From positions 9,481 through 73,480 of the forward strand of contig CAWVVM010000006.1 of assembly GCA_963933635.1 (NCBI GenBank): 64,000 bases of DNA, given 5' to 3'. The position numbers and the translations under genes are program-made. Position 1 is the stretch's first letter. Every line of letters starts with the position of its first letter. The DNA is from an uncultured Flavobacteriales bacterium. Lineage in GTDB: Bacteria > Bacteroidota > Bacteroidia > Flavobacteriales_D > Sanyastnellaceae. Below, piece after piece: positions 62,187-64,000 of this stretch. The notes beneath the pieces are model-generated. The model was not told the origin of the DNA, did no database searches, and was given only the letters and a program-made list of their open reading frames with translations.

Positions 62187-63416
62187 ATGAAAGACCTATT
62201 GAACTCCTACGAAAAGCGCGCACCGGAAATTGTGTTTGCGTGGAAAGACCATGAGACAGAAGCCCGTGGATGGGTGGTCATTCACTCCTTGCGCGGCGGT
62301 GCTGCGGGTGGTGGTACCCGCATGCGGAAGGGGTTGGACCAAAGAGAGGTGGAGAGTCTGGCCAAAACCATGGAAGTCAAATTCACGGTGTCAGGCCCCC
62401 ACATCGGAGGTGCGAAAAGCGGCATCGATTTTGATCCCACCGACCCCAGAAAAAAAGGGGTTTTGGAGCGCTGGTACAAGGCGGTTACCCCTTTGCTGAA
62501 GCACTACTACGGAACCGGTGGTGACTTGAATGTCGATGAGATCCATGAAGTCATCCCAATGACAGAGGCCAATGGTGTGTGGCATCCTCAAGAGGGCGTG
62601 TTCAGTGGTCACTTTCAGCCCAATGAAGCCCAAAAGGTCAGGCGCATTGGGAACCTCCGGCAGGGGGTGTCCCAAGCCGTGGAAGATCCATCCATCAGCC
62701 CGGACGTGTCGAGGAAGTTCCGTGTGGCCGACCTAATAACCGGCTTTGGTGTGAGCGAGTCGGTGCGTCACTTTTACGACTTGAGGGGCTCAAGTGTGGA
62801 GGGCAAGCGGGTTGTGGTCCAAGGCTGGGGGAATGTAGGCGCAGCGGCGGCCTATTACCTGGCACGAGACGGCGCATCGATTGTGGGCATCATCGATCGC
62901 GTGGGTGGAGTGATGCGTCCCGAGGGGTTGGATTTTGACGAAGTGAAGGCATTGTTTTTGGCCAAGGAAGGCAACGCCCTCCGGACGGAAAATCTATTGG
63001 GCTTCGAAGAAGTGAACGAACAGATTTGGGACATGAAAGCCGAGGTCTTTTTGCCTTGTGCTGCGAGCCGTTTGGTGACGCAAAATCAGGTGGAACGTAT
63101 GGCAGAGTCAGGGGTGGAAGTCATCTCTTCCGGTGCCAACGTTCCGTTTGCCGATTTGGAAATCTTCTACGGCGCCATTGCCGAGTATGCCGACGAACGA
63201 ATGGCCGTCATCCCAGACTTCATTGCCAATTGTGGGATGGCCCGTGTGTTTGCCTACTTGATGGGGGATGAAGATGTGGACATGTCTGATGCGGCCATTT
63301 TTGAAGACACGAGCTCGGTCATTCGAGAAGCCCTTGCCAAGGTGCTGGACAATAGCGAAAGCGACACCCATGTCACCGCCAAAGCGTTTGAGCGGGCATT
63401 GGGCTTTTTGGTGTGA
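62187..63416 (+). CDS. Glu/Leu/Phe/Val dehydrogenase family protein
   Basis: GGTRM...KTMEVKFTVSGPHIGGAKSGI catalytic-Lys region. Rossmann motif VVVQGWGNVGAAAA. ATG at 62187. Confidence 0.85.
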   Translation: MKDLLNSYEKRAPEIVFAWKDHETEARGWVVIHSLRGGAAGGGTRMRKGLDQREVESLAKTMEVKFTVSGPHIGGAKSGIDFDPTDPRKKGVLERWYKAVTPLLKHYYGTGGDLNVDEIHEVIPMTEANGVWHPQEGVFSGHFQPNEAQKVRRIGNLRQGVSQAVEDPSISPDVSRKFRVADLITGFGVSESVRHFYDLRGSSVEGKRVVVQGWGNVGAAAAYYLARDGASIVGIIDRVGGVMRPEGLDFDEVKALFLAKEGNALRTENLLGFEEVNEQIWDMKAEVFLPCAASRLVTQNQVERMAESGVEVISSGANVPFADLEIFYGAIAEYADERMAVIPDFIANCGMARVFAYLMGDEDVDMSDAAIFEDTSSVIREALAKVLDNSESDTHVTAKAFERALGFLV

Positions 63417-63484
63417 CAAAAGAGCCAACTTTGGTGGCTCCACGCGAACAAAGCACCCCATCTTGCGATTAGAACTGAACGACT

Positions 63485-64000
63485 ATGGACATTTTCATTC
63501 TTGCCGTTTTTGTGTTGGGCTACGTCTTTATTGCCCTCGAGCACAACATCCACATTGACAAAGCAGGTTCAGCCCTCGTGACGGGCACGTTGTGCTGGGC
63601 GATTTTTGTGCTTGGGACCCACGACGTTCCGGCCCACATGGCCGAACAATTCGAAGCGTTCATGGCCAGCGGCCACGGCGGAGGCCACTCCGGCCTCGCG
63701 GCATTTTTTGAGCACCGCTTGCTTCACCACATGGAGGAGATTGCATCGATTCTGTTCTTTTTGATGGGTGCGATGACCATTGTAGAATTGGTGGATGCGC
63801 ATGAAGGATTCAGGGTCATCACTGACAGAATCACAACGCGCAACAAGGTCAAAATGCTTTGGATTGTTTGCGTCCTGACTTTCTTTTTCTCTGCGTTGTT
63901 GGACAATTTGACGACCTCGATTGTCATGGTGTCGTTGTTGCGCAAGTTGATCGACGACAGACAAACGAGATGGCTCTTTGCAGGCATGGTGGTGGTGTCC
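63485..64000 (+). CDS. nhaD: NhaD-type Na+/H+ antiporter (5' partial, runs off window)
   Basis: My own translation from ATG 63485 is MDIFILAVFVLGYVFIALEH...FFLMGAMTIVELVDAHEGF...FFFSALLDNLTTSIVMVSLLRKL. There is no stop before 64000. It is absent from the ORF track because it is open-ended. The listed minus-strand ORF 63569-63964 is its antisense shadow. Confidence 0.8.
   Translation, partial: MDIFILAVFVLGYVFIALEHNIHIDKAGSALVTGTLCWAIFVLGTHDVPAHMAEQFEAFMASGHGGGHSGLAAFFEHRLLHHMEEIASILFFLMGAMTIVELVDAHEGFRVITDRITTRNKVKMLWIVCVLTFFFSALLDNLTTSIVMVSLLRKLIDDRQTRWLFAGMVVVS

Noticed and set aside
61124-62188. 354-aa minus-strand ORF
   Set aside because: It is antisense to anmK (GLMSGTSVDGLD and GGGAFN motifs on the plus strand).

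Overview
This 64-kb window looks like a Bacteroidota (Flavobacteriia-like) chromosome of moderately high G+C. It is densely packed, with many 4-nt ATGA start/stop overlaps. I support about 57 protein genes and one tRNA-Leu(TAG). I saw no rRNA, CRISPR array, transposase, integrase or prophage genes.

Most of the content is core housekeeping:
- mutY, ssb, coaX, HU, RNase G, mutS and tig-clpP-clpX
- efp, rnhB, tyrS, murF, ispF and pdhA plus the E2 subunit
- recG, anmK, an acyl-CoA dehydrogenase and a Glu/Leu/Phe/Val-type dehydrogenase

Gliding and type IX secretion (T9SS) genes are interleaved at three loci: gldE-gldD, porX, and gldJ / porP-sprF-like / porU-porV.

Many first codons in the ORF track are GTG or TTG, and many long ORFs are antisense shadows of real genes. 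I re-trimmed starts using signal peptides and conserved N-termini.

I cannot point to a clearly defined new multi-gene system. These are the stretches I could not explain with known families, listed from most to least interesting:
1. An ATGA-coupled pair of secreted, extraordinarily Trp-rich proteins next to tRNA-Leu (24124-26561). A third Trp-rich orphan sits at 58027-59790.
2. A 1333-aa secreted mosaic protein (32840-36841). It carries a rusticyanin-type blue-copper site, duplicated LTD-like/unknown modules, nine Cys-bounded 20-aa linkers and a dockerin-like tail, but no T9SS C-terminal domain.
3. A VTC-domain + DUF4956 membrane pair (51877-53360). It resembles a split polyphosphate polymerase/translocase.
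4. A low-GC patch of orphan secreted proteins (about 15.9-17.2 kb).
5. An unlisted 29-codon bS22-like Lys/Arg-rich ORF (9103-9192).

All family calls come from motif recognition by eye. No searches were run.
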